Assembly (NCBI GenBank): GCA_964016885.1
Contig: OZ024741.1
Span: 6,634,001 to 6,698,000, forward strand
Reading direction: 5' to 3'
Length of the DNA: 64,000 nt
From: Eledone cirrhosa
Lineage: Eukaryota
Both the position numbers and the translations under genes were made by a program. Below are positions 47,601 to 62,600 of this stretch, one piece after another (position 1 is the first letter of the stretch; the number at the start of each line of letters is the position of its first letter). The notes under the pieces were generated by a model, which was given only the letters and a program-made list of their open reading frames with translations, was not told the origin of the DNA and made no database searches.

Positions 47601-50600
47601 GTTGTATTTATTATATGTATATATAGATGTGAGGTTCCTTGCAGTTGTTAGTTGTATTTATTATATGTATATATAGATGTGAGGTTCCTTGCAGTTGTTA
47701 GTTGTATTTATTATATGTATATATAGTTGTGAGGTTCCTAGCAGTTGTTAGTTGTATTTATTATATGTATATATAGATGTGAGGCTCCTAGCAGTTGTTA
47801 GTTGTATTTATTATATGTATATATAGTTGTGAGGTTCCTAGCAGTTGTTAGTTGTATTTATTACATGTATTTACAGTTGGGAGGTTCCTAGCAGTTGTTA
47901 GTTGTGTTTATTATATGTATATATAGTTGTGAGGTTCCTAGCAGTTTTTAGTTGTATTTATCATATGTATATATAGTTGTGAGGTTCCTAGCAGTTGTTA
48001 GTTGTATTATATGTATATATAGTGGTGAGGCTCCTAGCAGTTGTTAGTTGTATTTATTATATGTATATATAGATGTGAGGTTCCTTGCAGTTGTTAGTTG
48101 TATTTATTATATGTATATATAGATGTGAGGTTCCTAGCAGTTGTTAGTTGTATTTATTATATGTATATATAGATGTGAGGTTCCTTGCAGTTGTTAGTTG
48201 TATTTATTATATGTATATATAGTTGTGAGGTTCCTAGCAGTTGTTAGTTGTATTTATTATATGTATATATGGTTGTGAGCCTCCTAGCAGTTGTTAGTTG
48301 TATTATATGTATATATAGTTGTGTGGTTCCTAGCAGTTGTTAGTTGTATTTATTATATGTATATATAGATGTGAGGTTCCTAGCAGTTGTTAGTTGTATT
48401 TATTATATGTATATATGGTTGTGAGCCTCCTAGCAGTTGTTAGTTGTATTATATGTATATATAGTTGTGTGGTTCCTAGCAGTTGTTAGTTGTATTTATT
48501 ATATGTATATATAGATGTGAGGCTCCTAGCAGTTGTTAGTTGTATTTATTATATGTATATATAGTTGTGAGGTTCCTAGCAGTTGTTAGTTGTATTTATT
48601 ATATGTATTTATAATTGGGAGGTTCCTAGCAGTTGTTAGTTGTATTTATTATATGTATATATAGATGTGAGGTTCCTAGCAGTTGTTAGTTGTATTTATT
48701 ATATGTATATATAGATGTGAGGTTCCTTGCAGTTGTTAGTTGTATTTATTATATGTATATATAGATGTGAGGCTCCTAGCAGTTGTTAGTTGTATTTATT
48801 ATATGTATATATAGTTGTGAGGTTCCTAGCAGTTGTTAGTTGTATTTATTATATGTATATATAGATGTGAGGTTCCTTGCAGTTGTTAGTTGTATTTATT
48901 ATATGTATATATAGATGTGAGGTTCCTTGCAGTTGTTAGTTGTATTTATTATATGTATATATAGTTGTGAGGTTCCTAGCAGTTGTTAGTTGTATTTATT
49001 ATATGTATATATAGTTGTGAGGTTCCTAGCAGTTGTTAGTTGTATTTATTATATGTATTTATAGTTGTGAGGTTCCTGTCAGTTGTTAGTTGTATTTATT
49101 ATATGTATTTATAGTTGTGAGGTTCCTGTCAGTTGTTAGTTGTATTTATTATATGTATTTATAGTTGTGAGGTTCCTTTCAGTTGTTAGTTGTATTTATT
49201 ATATGTATATATAGTTGTGAGGTTCTTAGCAGTTGTTAGTTGTATTTATTATATGTATATATAGTTGTGAGGTTCTTAGCAGTTGTTAGTTGTATTTATT
49301 ATATGTATATATAGTTGTGAGCTTCCTAGCAGTTCTTAGTTGTATTTATTATATGTATATATAGTTGTGAGGTTCCTAGCAGTTGTTAGTTGTATTTATT
49401 ATATGTATTTATAGTTGTGTGGTTCCTAGCAGTTGTTAGTTGTATTTATTATATGTATTTATAGTTGTGAGGTTCCTAGCAGTTGTTAGTTGTATTTATT
49501 ATATGTATTTATAGGTGTGAGGTTCCTAGCAGTTGTTAGTTGTATTTATTATATGTATTTATAGGTGTGAGGTTCCTAGCAGTTGTTAGTTGTATTTATA
49601 TGTATATATAGTTGTGAGGCTCCTAGCAGTTGTTAGTTGTATTTATTATATGTATATATAGATGTGAGGTTCCTTGCAGTTGTTAGTTGTATTTATTATA
49701 TGTATTTATAGTTGTGTGGTTCCTAGCAGTTGTTAATTGTATTTATTATATGTATTTATAGTTGTGTGGTTCCTAGCAGTTGTTAATTGTATTTATTATA
49801 TGTATATCTAGTTGTGAGGTTCCTAGCAGTTGTTAGTTGTATTTATTATATGTTCATATAGTTGTGAGGTTCCTAGCAGTTGTTAGTTGTATTTATTATA
49901 TGTTCATATAGTTGTGAGGTTCCTAGCAGTTGTTCGTTGTATTTATTATATGTTCATATAGTTGTGAGGTTCCTAGCAGTTGTTAGTTGTATTTATTATA
50001 TGTTCATATAGTTGTGAGGTTCCTAGCAGTTGTTAGTTGTATTTATTATATGTATTTATAGTTGTGAGGTTCCTAGCAGTTGTTAGTTGTATTATATGTA
50101 TATATAGTTGTGAGGTTCCTAGCAGTTGTTAGTTTTATTTATTATATGTATATATAGTTGTGAGGTTCCTAGCAGTTGTTAGTTGTATTTATTATATGTA
50201 TATATAGTTGTGAAGTTCCTAGCAGTTGTTAGTTGTATTTATTATATGTATATATAGTTGTGAGGTTCCTAGCAGTTGTTAGTTGTATTTATTATATGTA
50301 TATATAGTTGTGAGGTTCCTAGCAGTTGTTAGTTTTATTTATTATATGTATATATAGTTGTGAGGTTCCTAGCAGTTGTTAGTTGTATTTATTATATGTA
50401 TATATAGATGTGAGGTTCCTAGCAGTTGTTAGTTGTATTTATTATATGTATATATGGTTGTGAGCCTCCTAGCAGTTGTTAGTTGTATTATATGTATATA
50501 TAGTTGTGTGGTTCCTAGCAGTTGTTAGTTGTATTTATTATATGTATATATAGATGTGAGGCTCCTAGCAGTTGTTAGTTGTATTTATTATATGTATATA

Positions 50601-53600
50601 TAGTTGTGAGGTTCCTAGCAGTTGTTAGTTGTATTTATTATATGTATATATAGATGTGAGGTTCCTTGCAGTTGTTAGTTGTATTTATTATATGTATATA
50701 TAGATGTGAGGTTCCTTGCAGTTGTTAGTTGTATTTATTATATGTATATATAGTTGTGAGGTTCCTAGCAGTTGTTAGTTGTATTTATTATATGTATATA
50801 TAGTTGTGAGGTTCCTAGCAGTTGTTAGTTGTATTTATTATATGTATTTATAGTTGTGAGGTTCCTGTCAGTTGTTAGTTGTATTTATTATATGTATTTA
50901 TAGTTGTGAGGTTCCTGTCAGTTGTTAGTTGTATTTATTATATGTATTTATAGTTGTGAGGTTCCTTTCAGTTGTTAGTTGTATTTATTATATGTATATA
51001 TAGTTGTGAGGTTCTTAGCAGTTGTTAGTTGTATTTATTATATGTATATATAGTTGTGAGGTTCTTAGCAGTTGTTAGTTGTATTTATTATATGTATATA
51101 TAGTTGGGAGGTTCCTAGCAGTTGTTAGTTTTATTTATTATATGTATATATAGTTGTGAGGTTCCTAGCAGTTGTTAGTTGTATTTATTATATGTATATA
51201 TAGTTGTGAAGTTCCTAGCAGTTGTTAGTTGTATTTATTATATGAATATATAGTTGTGAGGTTCCTAGCAGTTGTTAGTTGTATTTATTATATGTATATA
51301 TAGTTGTGAGGTTCCTAGCAGTTGTTAGTTTTATTTATTATATGTATATATAGTTGTGAGGTTCCTAGCAGTTGTTAGTTGTATTTATTATATGTATTTA
51401 TAGTTGTGTGGTTCCTAGCGTTTTTTACTTGTATTTATTATGTATATATGGTTGTGAGGCTCCTAGCAGTTGTTAGTTGTATTTATTATATGTATATATA
51501 GTTGTGAAGTTCCTAGCTTTTCTTAGTTGTATTTATTATATGTATATATAGTTGGGAGGTTCCTAGCAGTTGTTAGTTTTATTTATTATATGTATATATA
51601 GTTGTGAGGTTCCTAGCAGTTGTTAGTTGTATTTATGATACGTATATATAGTTGTTAGGTTCCTATCAGTTGTTAGTTGTATTTATTATATGTATTTATA
51701 GTTGTGAGGTTCCTAGCAGATGTCAGTTGTATTTATTATATGTATATATAGTTGTGAGGTTCCTAGCAGTTGTTAGTTGTATTTATTATATGTATTTATA
51801 ATTGGGAGGTTCCTAGCAGTTGTTAGTTGTGTTTATTATATGTATCTATAGTTGTGAGGTTCCTAGCAGTTGTTAGTTGTATTTATTATATGTATATATA
51901 GATGTGAGGTTCCTAGCAGTTGTTAGTTGTATTTATTATATGTATATATGGTTGTGAGCCTCCTAGCAGTTAGTTGTATTATATGTATATATAGTTGTGT
52001 GGTTCCTAGCAGTTGTTAGTTGTATTTATTATATGTATATATAGTTGTGAGGTTCCTAGCAGTTGTTAGTTGTATTTATTATATGTATATATAGTTGTGA
52101 GGTTCCTAGCAGTTGTTAGTTTTATTTATTATATGTATATATAGTTGTGAGGTTCCTAGCAGTTGTTAGTTGTATTTATTATATGTATATATAGATGTGA
52201 GGTTCCTTGCAGTTGTTAGTTGTATTTATTATATGTATATATAGATGTGAGGTTCCTAGCAGTTGTTAGTTGTATTTATTATATGTATATATAGATGTGA
52301 GGTTCCTTGCAGTTGTTAGTTGTATTTATTATATGTATATATAGTTGTGAGGTTCCTAGCAGTTGTTAGTTGTATTTATTATATGTATATATGGTTGTGA
52401 GCCTCCTAGCAGTTGTTAGTTGTATTATATGTATATATAGTTGTGTGGTTCCTAGCAGTTGTTAGTTGTATTTATTATATGTATATATAGTTGTGAGGTT
52501 CCTAGCAGTTGTTAGTTGTATTTATTATATGTATATATAGTTGTGAGGTTCCGAGCAGTTGCTAGTTGTATTTATTATATGTATATATAGTTGTGAGGTT
52601 CCTAGCAGTTGTTAGTTGTGTTTATTATATGTATATATAGTTGTGAGATTCCTAGCAGTTGTTAGTTGTGTTTATTATATGTATATATAGTTGTGAGATT
52701 CCTAGCAGTTGTTAGTTGTATTTATTATATGTATTTATAGTTGTGAGGCTCCTAGTAGTTGTTAGTTGTATTTATTATATGTATATATGGTTGTGAGACT
52801 CCTAGCAGTTGTTAGTTGTATTTATTATATGTATTTATAGGTGTGAGGTTCCTAGCAGTTGTTAGTTGTATTTATTATATGTATATATAGTTGTGAGGTT
52901 CCTAGCAGTTGTTAGTTGTATTCATTTTATGTATATATAGTTGTGAGGCTCCTAGCAGTTGTTAGTTGTATTTATTATATGTATTTATAGTTGTGAGGCT
53001 CCTAGCAGTTGTTAGTTGTATTTATTATATATATATATATATGGTTGTGAGGTTCCTAGCAGTTGTTAGTTGTATTTATGATACGTATATATAGTTGTTA
53101 GGTTCCTATCAGTTGTTAGTTGTATTTATTATATGTATTTATAGTTGTGAGGTTCCTAGCAGATGTCAGTTGTATTTATTATATGTATATATAGTTGTGT
53201 GGTTCCTAGCAGTTGTTAGTTGTATTTATTATATGTATTTATAATTGGGAGGTTCCTAGCAGTTGTTAGTTGTATTTATTATATGTATATATAGATGTGA
53301 GGTTCCTAGCAGTTGTTAGTTGTATTTATTATATGTATATATAGATGTGAGGTTCCTTGCAGTTGTTAGTTGTATTTATTATATGTATATATAGATGTGA
53401 GGCTCCTAGCAGTTGTTAGTTGTATTTATTATATGTATATATAGTTGTGAGGTTCCTAGCAGTTGTTAGTTGTATTTATTATATGTATATATAGATGTGA
53501 GGTTCCTTGCAGTTGTTAGTTGTATTTATTATATGTATATATAGATGTGAGGTTCCTTGCAGTTGTTAGTTGTATTTATTATATGTATATATAGTTGTGA

Positions 53601-56600
53601 GGTTCCTAGCAGTTGTTAGTTGTATTTATTATATGTATATATAGTTGTGAGGTTCCTAGCAGTTGTTAGTTGTATTTATTATATGTATTTATAGTTGTGA
53701 GGTTCCTGTCAGTTGTTAGTTGTATTTATTATATGTATTTATAGTTGTGAGGTTCCTGTCAGTTGTTAGTTGTATTTATTATATGTATTTATAGTTGTGA
53801 GGTTCCTTTCAGTTGTTAGTTGTATTTATTATATGTATATATAGTTGTGAGGTTCTTAGCAGTTGTTAGTTGTATTTATTATATGTATATATAGTTGTGA
53901 GGTTCTTAGCAGTTGTTAGTTGTATTTATTATATGTATATATAGTTGTGAGCTTCCTAGCAGTTCTTAGTTGTATTTATTATATGTATATATAGTTGTGA
54001 GGTTCCTAGCAGTTGTTAGTTGTATTTATTATATGTATTTATAGTTGTGTGGTTCCTAGCAGTTGTTAGTTGTATTTATTATATGTATTTATAGTTGTGA
54101 GGTTCCTAGCAGTTGTTAGTTGTATTTATTATATGTATTTATAGGTGTGAGGTTCCTAGCAGTTGTTAGTTGTATTTATTATATGTATTTATAGGTGTGA
54201 GGTTCCTAGCAGTTGTTAGTTGTATTTATATGTATATATAGTTGTGAGGCTCCTAGCAGTTGTTAGTTGTATTTATTATATGTATATATAGATGTGAGGT
54301 TCCTTGCAGTTGTTAGTTGTATTTATTATATGTATTTATAGTTGTGTGGTTCCTAGCAGTTGTTAATTGTATTTATTATATGTATTTATAGTTGTGTGGT
54401 TCCTAGCAGTTGTTAATTGTATTTATTATATGTATATCTAGTTGTGAGGTTCCTAGCAGTTGTTAGTTGTATTTATTATATGTTCATATAGTTGTGAGGT
54501 TCCTAGCAGTTGTTAGTTGTATTTATTATATGTTCATATAGTTGTGAGGTTCCTAGCAGTTGTTCGTTGTATTTATTATATGTTCATATAGTTGTGAGGT
54601 TCCTAGCAGTTGTTAGTTGTATTTATTATATGTTCATATAGTTGTGAGGTTCCTAGCAGTTGTTAGTTGTATTTATTATATGTATTTATAGTTGTGAGGT
54701 TCCTAGCAGTTGTTAGTTGTATTATATGTATATATAGTTGTGAGGTTCCTAGCAGTTGTTAGTTGTATTTATTATATGTATATATAGTTGTGAAGTTCCT
54801 AGCAGTTGTTAGTTGTATTTATTATATGTATATATAGTTGTGAGGTTCCTAGCAGTTGTTAGTTGTATTTATTATATGTATATATAGTTGTGAGGTTCCT
54901 AGCAGTTGTTAGTTTTATTTATTATATGTATATATAGTTGTGAGGTTCCTAGCAGTTGTTAGTTGTATTTATTATATGTATATATAGATGTGAGGTTCCT
55001 AGCAGTTGTTAGTTGTATTTATTATATGTATATATGGTTGTGAGCCTCCTAGCAGTTGTTAGTTGTATTATATGTATATATAGTTGTGTGGTTCCTAGCA
55101 GTTGTTAGTTGTATTTATTATATGTATATATAGTTGTGAGGTTCCTAGCAGTTGTTAGTTGTATTTATTATATGTATATATAGTTGTGAGGTTCCTAGCA
55201 GTTGTTAGTTTTATTTATTATATGTATATATAGTTGTGAGGTTCCTAGCAGTTGTTAGTTGTATTTATTATATGTATATATAGTTGTGAGGTTCCTAGCA
55301 GTTGTTAGTTGTATTTATTACATGTATTTATAGTTGGGAGGTTCCTAGCAGTTGTTAGTTGTGTTTATTATATGTATATATAGTTGTGAGGTTCCTAGCA
55401 GTTTTTAGTTGTATTTATCATATGTATATATAGTTGTGAGGTTCCTAGCAGTTGTTAGTTGTATTATATGTATATATAGTGGTGAGGCTCCTAGCAGTTG
55501 TTAGTTGTATTTATTATATGTATATATAGATGTGAGGTTCCTTGCAGTTGTTAGTTGTATTTATTATATGTATATATAGATGTGAGGTTCCTAGCAGTTG
55601 TTAGTTGTATTTATTATATGTATATATAGATGTGAGGTTCCTTGCAGTTGTTAGTTGTATTTATTATATGTATATATAGTTGTGAGGTTCCTAGCAGTTG
55701 TTAGTTGTATTTATTATATGTATATATAGTTGTGAGGTTCCTAGCAGTTGTTCATTGTATTTATTATATGTATTTATAGTTGTGAGGTTCCTAGCAGTTG
55801 TTAGTTGTATTTATTATATGTATTTATAGTTGTGTGGTTCCTAGCTGTTTTTACTTGTATTTATTATGTATATATGGTTGTGAGGCTCCTAGCAGTTGTT
55901 AGTTGTATTTATTATATGTATATATAGTTGTGAAGTTCCTAGCTGTTGTTAGTTGTATTTATTATATGTATATATAGTTGGGAGGTTCCTAGCAGTTGTT
56001 AGTTTTATTTATTATATGTATATATAGTTGTGAGGTTCCTAGCAGTTGTTAGTTGTATTTATTATATGTATATATAGTTGTGAAGTTCCTAGCAGTTGTT
56101 AGTTGTATTTATTATATGTATATATAGTTGTGAGGTTCCTAGCAGTTGTTAGTTGTATTTATTATATGTATATATAGTTGTGAGGTTCCTAGCAGTTGTT
56201 AGTTTTATTTATTATATGTATATATAGTTGTGAGGTTCCTAGCAGTTGTTAGTTGTATTTATTATATGTATATATAGTTGTGAAGTTCCTAGCAGTTGTT
56301 AGTTGTATTTATTATATGTATATATAGTTGTGAGGTTCCTAGCAGTTGTTAGTTGTATTTATTATATGTATATATAGTTGTGAGGTTCCTAGCAGTTGTT
56401 AGTTTTATTTATTATATGTATATATAGTTGTGAGGTTCCTAGCAGTTGTTAGTTGTATTTATTATATGTATTTATAGTTGTGTGGTTCCTAGCTGTTTTT
56501 ACTTGTATTTATTATGTATATATGGTTGTGAGGCTCCTAGCAGTTGTTAGTTGTATTTATTATATGTATATATAGTTGTGAAGTTCCTAGCTGTTGTTAG

Positions 56601-59600
56601 TTGTATTTATTATATGTATATATAGATGTGAGGTTCCTAGCAGTTGTTAGTTGTATTTATTATATGTATATATGGTTGTGAGCCTCCTAGCAGTTGTTAG
56701 TTGTATTATATGTATATATAGTTGTGTGGTTCCTAGCAGTTGTTAGTTGTATTTATTATATGTATATATAGTTGTGAGGTTCCTAGCAGTTGTTAGTTGT
56801 ATTTATTATATGTATATATAGTTGTGAGGTTCCTAGCAGTTGTTAGTTTTATTTATTATATGTATATATAGTTGTGAGGTTCCTAGCAGTTGTTAGTTGT
56901 ATTTATTATATGTATATATAGTTGTGAGGTTCCTAGCAGTTGTTAGTTGTATTTATTACATGTATTTATAGTTGGGAGGTTCCTAGCAGTTGTTAGTTGT
57001 GTTTATTATATGTATATATAGTTGTGAGGTTCCTAGCAGTTTTTAGTTGTATTTATCATATGTATATATAGTTGTGAGGTTCCTAGCAGTTGTTAGTTGT
57101 ATTATATGTATATATAGTGGTGAGGCTCCTAGCAGTTGTTAGTTGTATTTATTATATGTATATATAGATGTGAGGTTCCTTGCAGTTGTTAGTTGTATTT
57201 ATTATATGTATATATAGATGTGAGGTTCCTAGCAGTTGTTAGTTGTATTTATTATATGTATATATAGATGTGAGGTTCCTTGCAGTTGTTAGTTGTATTT
57301 ATTATATGTATATATAGTTGTGAGGTTCCTAGCAGTTGTTAGTTGTATTTATTATATGTATATATAGTTGTGAGGTTCCTAGCAGTTGTTCATTGTATTT
57401 ATTATATGTATTTATAGTTGTGTGGTTCCTAGCTGTTTTTACTTGTATTTATTATGTATATATGGTTGTGAGGCTCCTAGCAGTTGTTAGTTGTATTTAT
57501 TTTATGTATATATAGTTGTGAAGTTCCTAGCTGTTGTTAGTTGTATTTATTATATGTATATATAGTTGGGAGGTTCCTAGCAGTTGTTAGTTTTATTTAT
57601 TATATGTATATATAGTTGTGAGGTTCCTAGCAGTTGTTAGTTGTATTTATTATATGTATATATAGTTGTGAAGTTCCTAGCAGTTGTTAGTTGTATTTAT
57701 TATATGTATATATAGTTGTGAGGTTCCTAGCAGTTGTTAGTTGTATTTATTATATGTATATATAGTTGGGAGGTTCCTAGCAGTTGTTAGTTTTATTTAT
57801 TATATGTATATATAGTTGTGAGGTTCCTAGCAGTTGTTAGTTGTATTTATTATATGTATATATAGTTGTGAAGTTCCTAGCAGTTGTTAGTTGTATTTAT
57901 TATATGTATATATAGTTGTGAGGTTCCTAGCAGTTGTTAGTTGTATTTATTATATGTATATATAGTTGTGAGGTTCCTAGCAGTTGTTAGTTTTATTTAT
58001 TATATGTATATATAGTTGTGAGGTTCCTAGCAGTTGTTAGTTGTATTTATTATATGTATTTATAGTTGTGTGGTTCCTAGCTGTTTTTACTTGTATTTAT
58101 TATGTATATATGGTTGTGAGGCTCCTAGCAGTTGTTAGTTGTATTTATTATATGTATATATAGTTGTGAAGTTCCTAGCTGTTCTTAGTTGTATTTATTA
58201 TATGTATATATAGTTGGGAGGTTCCTAGCAGTTGTTAGTTTTATTTATTATATGTATATATAGTTGTGAGGTTCCTAGCAGTTGTTAGTTGTATTTATGA
58301 TACGTATATATAGTTGTTAGGTTCCTATCAGTTGTTAGTTGTATTTATTATATGTATTTATAGTTGTGAGGTTCCTAGCAGATGTCAGTTGTATTTATTA
58401 TATGTATATATAGTTGTGAGGTTCCTAGCAGTTGTTAGTTGTATTTATTATATGTATTTATAATTGGGAGGTTCCTAGCAGTTGTTAGTTGTGTTTATTA
58501 TATGTATCTATAGTTGTGAGGTTCCTAGCAGTTGTTAGTTGTATTTATTATATGTATATATAGATGTGAGGTTCCTAGCAGTTGTTAGTTGTATTTATTA
58601 TATGTATATATGGTTGTGAGCCTCCTAGCAGTTAGTTGTATTATATGTATATATAGTTGTGTGGTTCCTAGCAGTTGTTAGTTGTATTTATTATATGTAT
58701 ATATAGTTGTGAGGTTCCTAGCAGTTGTTAGTTGTATTTATTATATGTATATATAGTTGTGAGGTTCCTAGCAGTTGTTAGTTTTATTTATTATATGTAT
58801 ATATAGTTGTGAGGTTCCTAGCAGTTGTTAGTTGTATTTATTATATGTATATATAGTTGTGAGGTTCCTAGCAGTTGTTAGTTGTATTTATTACATGTAT
58901 TTATAGTTGGGAGGTTCCTAGCAGTTGTTAGTTGTGTTTATTATATGTATATATAGTTGTGAGGTTCCTAGCAGTTTTTAGTTGTATTTATCATATGTAT
59001 ATATAGTTGTGAGGTTCCTAGCAGTTGTTAGTTGTATTATATGTATATATAGTGGTGAGGCTCCTAGCAGTTGTTAGTTGTATTTATTATATGTATATAT
59101 AGATGTGAGGTTCCTTGCAGTTGTTAGTTGTATTTATTATATGTATATATAGATGTGAGGTTCCTAGCAGTTGTTAGTTGTATTTATTATATGTATATAT
59201 AGATGTGAGGTTCCTTGCAGTTGTTAGTTGTATTTATTATATGTATATATAGTTGTGAGGTTCGTAGCAGTTGTTAGTTGTATTTATTATATGTATATAT
59301 AGTTGTGAGGTTCCTAGCAGTTGTTCATTGTATTTATTATATGTATTTATAGTTGTGAGGTTCCTAGCAGTTGTTAGTTGTATTTATTATATGTATTTAT
59401 AGTTGTGTGGTTCCTAGCTGTTTTTACTTGTATTTATTATGTATATATGGTTGTGAGGCTCCTAGCAGTTGTTAGTTGTATTTATTATATGTATATATAG
59501 TTGTGAAGTTCCTAGCTGTTGTTAGTTGTATTTATTATATGTATATATAGTTGGGAGGTTCCTAGCAGTTGTTAGTTTTATTTATTATATGTATATATAG

Positions 59601-62600
59601 TTGTGAGGTTCCTAGCAGTTGTTAGTTGTATTTATTATATGTATATATAGTTGTGAAGTTCCTAGCAGTTGTTAGTTGTATTTATTATATGTATATATAG
59701 TTGTGAGGTTCCTAGCAGTTGTTAGTTGTATTTATTATATGTATATATAGTTGTGAGGTTCCTAGCAGTTGTTAGTTTTATTTATTATATGTATATATAG
59801 TTGTGAGGTTCCTAGCAGTTGTTAGTTGTATTTATTATATGTATATATAGTTGTGAAGTTCCTAGCAGTTGTTAGTTGTATTTATTATATGTATATATAG
59901 TTGTGAGGTTCCTAGCAGTTGTTAGTTGTATTTATTATATGTATATATAGTTGTGAGGTTCCTAGCAGTTGTTAGTTTTATTTATCATATGTATATATAG
60001 TTGTGAGGTTCCTAGCAGTTGTTAGTTGTATTTATTATATGTATTTATAGTTGTGTGGTTCCTAGCTGTTTTTACTTGTATTTATTATGTATATATGGTT
60101 GTGAGGCTCCTAGCAGTTGTTAGTTGTATTTATTATATGTATATATAGTTGTGAAGTTCCTAGCTGTTGTTAGTTGTATTTATTATATGTATATATAGTT
60201 GGGAGGTTCCTAGCAGTTGTTAGTTTTATTTATTATATGTATATATAGTTGTGAGGTTCCTAGCAGTTGTTAGTTGTATTTATTATATGTATATATAGTT
60301 GTGAAGTTCCTAGCAGTTGTTAGTTGTATTTATTATATGTATATATAGTTGTGAGGTTCCTAGCAGTTGTTAGTTGTATTTATTATATGTATATATAGTT
60401 GTGTGGTTCCTAGCTGTTTTTACTTGTATTTATTATGTATATATGGTTGTGAGGCTCCTAGCAGTTGTTAGTTGTATTTATTATATGTATATATAGTTGT
60501 GAAGTTCCTAGCTGTTGTTAGTTGTATTTATTATATGTATATATAGATGTGAGGTTCCTAGCAGTTGTTAGTTGTATTTATTATATGTATATATGGTTGT
60601 GAGCCTCCTAGCAGTTGTTAGTTGTATTATATGTATATATAGTTGTGTGGTTCCTAGCAGTTGTTAGTTGTATTTATTATATGTATATATAGTTGTGAGG
60701 TTCCTAGCAGTTGTTAGTTGTATTTATTATATGTATATATAGTTGTGAGGTTCCTAGCAGTTGTTAGTTTTATTTATTATATGTATATATAGTTGTGAGG
60801 TTCCTAGCAGTTGTTAGTTGTATTTATTATATGTATATATAGTTGTGAGGTTCCTAGCAGTTGTTAGTTGTATTTATTACATGTATTTATAGTTGGGAGG
60901 TTCCTAGCAGTTGTTAGTTGTGTTTATTATATGTATATATAGTTGTGAGGTTCCTAGCAGTTTTTAGTTGTATTTATCATATGTATATATAGTTGTGAGG
61001 TTCCTAGCAGTTGTTAGTTGTATTATATGTATATATAGTGGTGAGGCTCCTAGCAGTTGTTAGTTGTATTTATTATATGTATATATAGATGTGAGGTTCC
61101 TTGCAGTTGTTAGTTGTATTTATTATATGTATATATAGATGTGAGGTTCCTAGCAGTTGTTAGTTGTATTTATTATATGTATATATAGATGTGAGGTTCC
61201 TTGCAGTTGTTAGTTGTATTTATTATATGTATATATAGTTGTGAGGTTCCTAGCAGTTGTTATTTGTATTTATTATATGTATATATAGTTGTGAGGTTCC
61301 TAGCAGTTGTTCATTGTATTTATTATATGTATTTATAGTTGTGTGGTTCCTAGCTGTTTTTACTTGTATTTATTATGTATATATGGTTGTGAGGCTCCTA
61401 GCAGTTGTTAGTTGTATTTATTTTATGTATATATAGTTGTGAAGTTCCTAGCTGTTGTTAGTTGTATTTATTATATGTATATATAGTTGGGAGGTTCCTA
61501 GCAGTTGTTAGTTTTATTTATTATATGTATATATAGTTGTGAGGTTCCTAGCAGTTGTTAGTTGTATTTATTATATGTATATATAGTTGTGAAGTTCCTA
61601 GCAGTTGTTAGTTGTATTTATTATATGTATATATAGTTGTGAGGTTCCTAGCAGTTGTTAGTTGTATTTATTATATGTATATATAGTTGGGAGGTTCCTA
61701 GCAGTTGTTAGTTTTATTTATTATATGTATATATAGTTGTGAGGTTCCTAGCAGTTGTTAGTTGTATTTATTATATGTATATATAGTTGTGAAGTTCCTA
61801 GCAGTTGTTAGTTGTATTTATTATATGTATATATAGTTGTGAGGTTCCTAGCAGTTGTTAGTTGTATTTATTATATGTATATATAGTTGTGAGGTTCCTA
61901 GCAGTTGTTAGTTGTATTTATTATATGTATATATAGTTGTGAGGTTCCTAGCAGTTGTTAGTTTTATTTATTATATGTATATATAGTTGTGAGGTTCCTA
62001 GCAGTTGTTAGTTGTATTTATTATATGTATATATAGTTGTGAGGTTCCTAGCAGTTGTTAGTTGTATTTATTACATGTATTTATAGTTGGGAGGTTCCTA
62101 GCAGTTGTTAGTTGTGTTTATTATATGTATATATAGTTGTGAGGTTCCTAGCAGTTTTTAGTTGTATTTATCATATGTATATATAGTTGTGAGGTTCCTA
62201 GCAGTTGTTAGTTGTATTATATGTATATATAGTGGTGAGGCTCCTAGCAGTTGTTAGTTGTATTTATTATATGTATATATAGATGTGAGGTTCCTTGCAG
62301 TTGTTAGTTGTATTTATTATATGTATATATAGATGTGAGGTTCCTAGCAGTTGTTAGTTGTATTTATTATATGTATATATAGATGTGAGGTTCCTTGCAG
62401 TTGTTAGTTGTATTTATTATATGTATATATAGTTGTGAGGTTCCTAGCAGTTGTTAGTTGTATTTATTATATGTATATATAGTTGTGAGGTTCCTAGCAG
62501 TTGTTCATTGTATTTATTATATGTATTTATAGTTGTGAGGTTCCTAGCAGTTGTTAGTTGTATTTATTATATGTATTTATAGTTGTGTGGTTCCTAGCTG

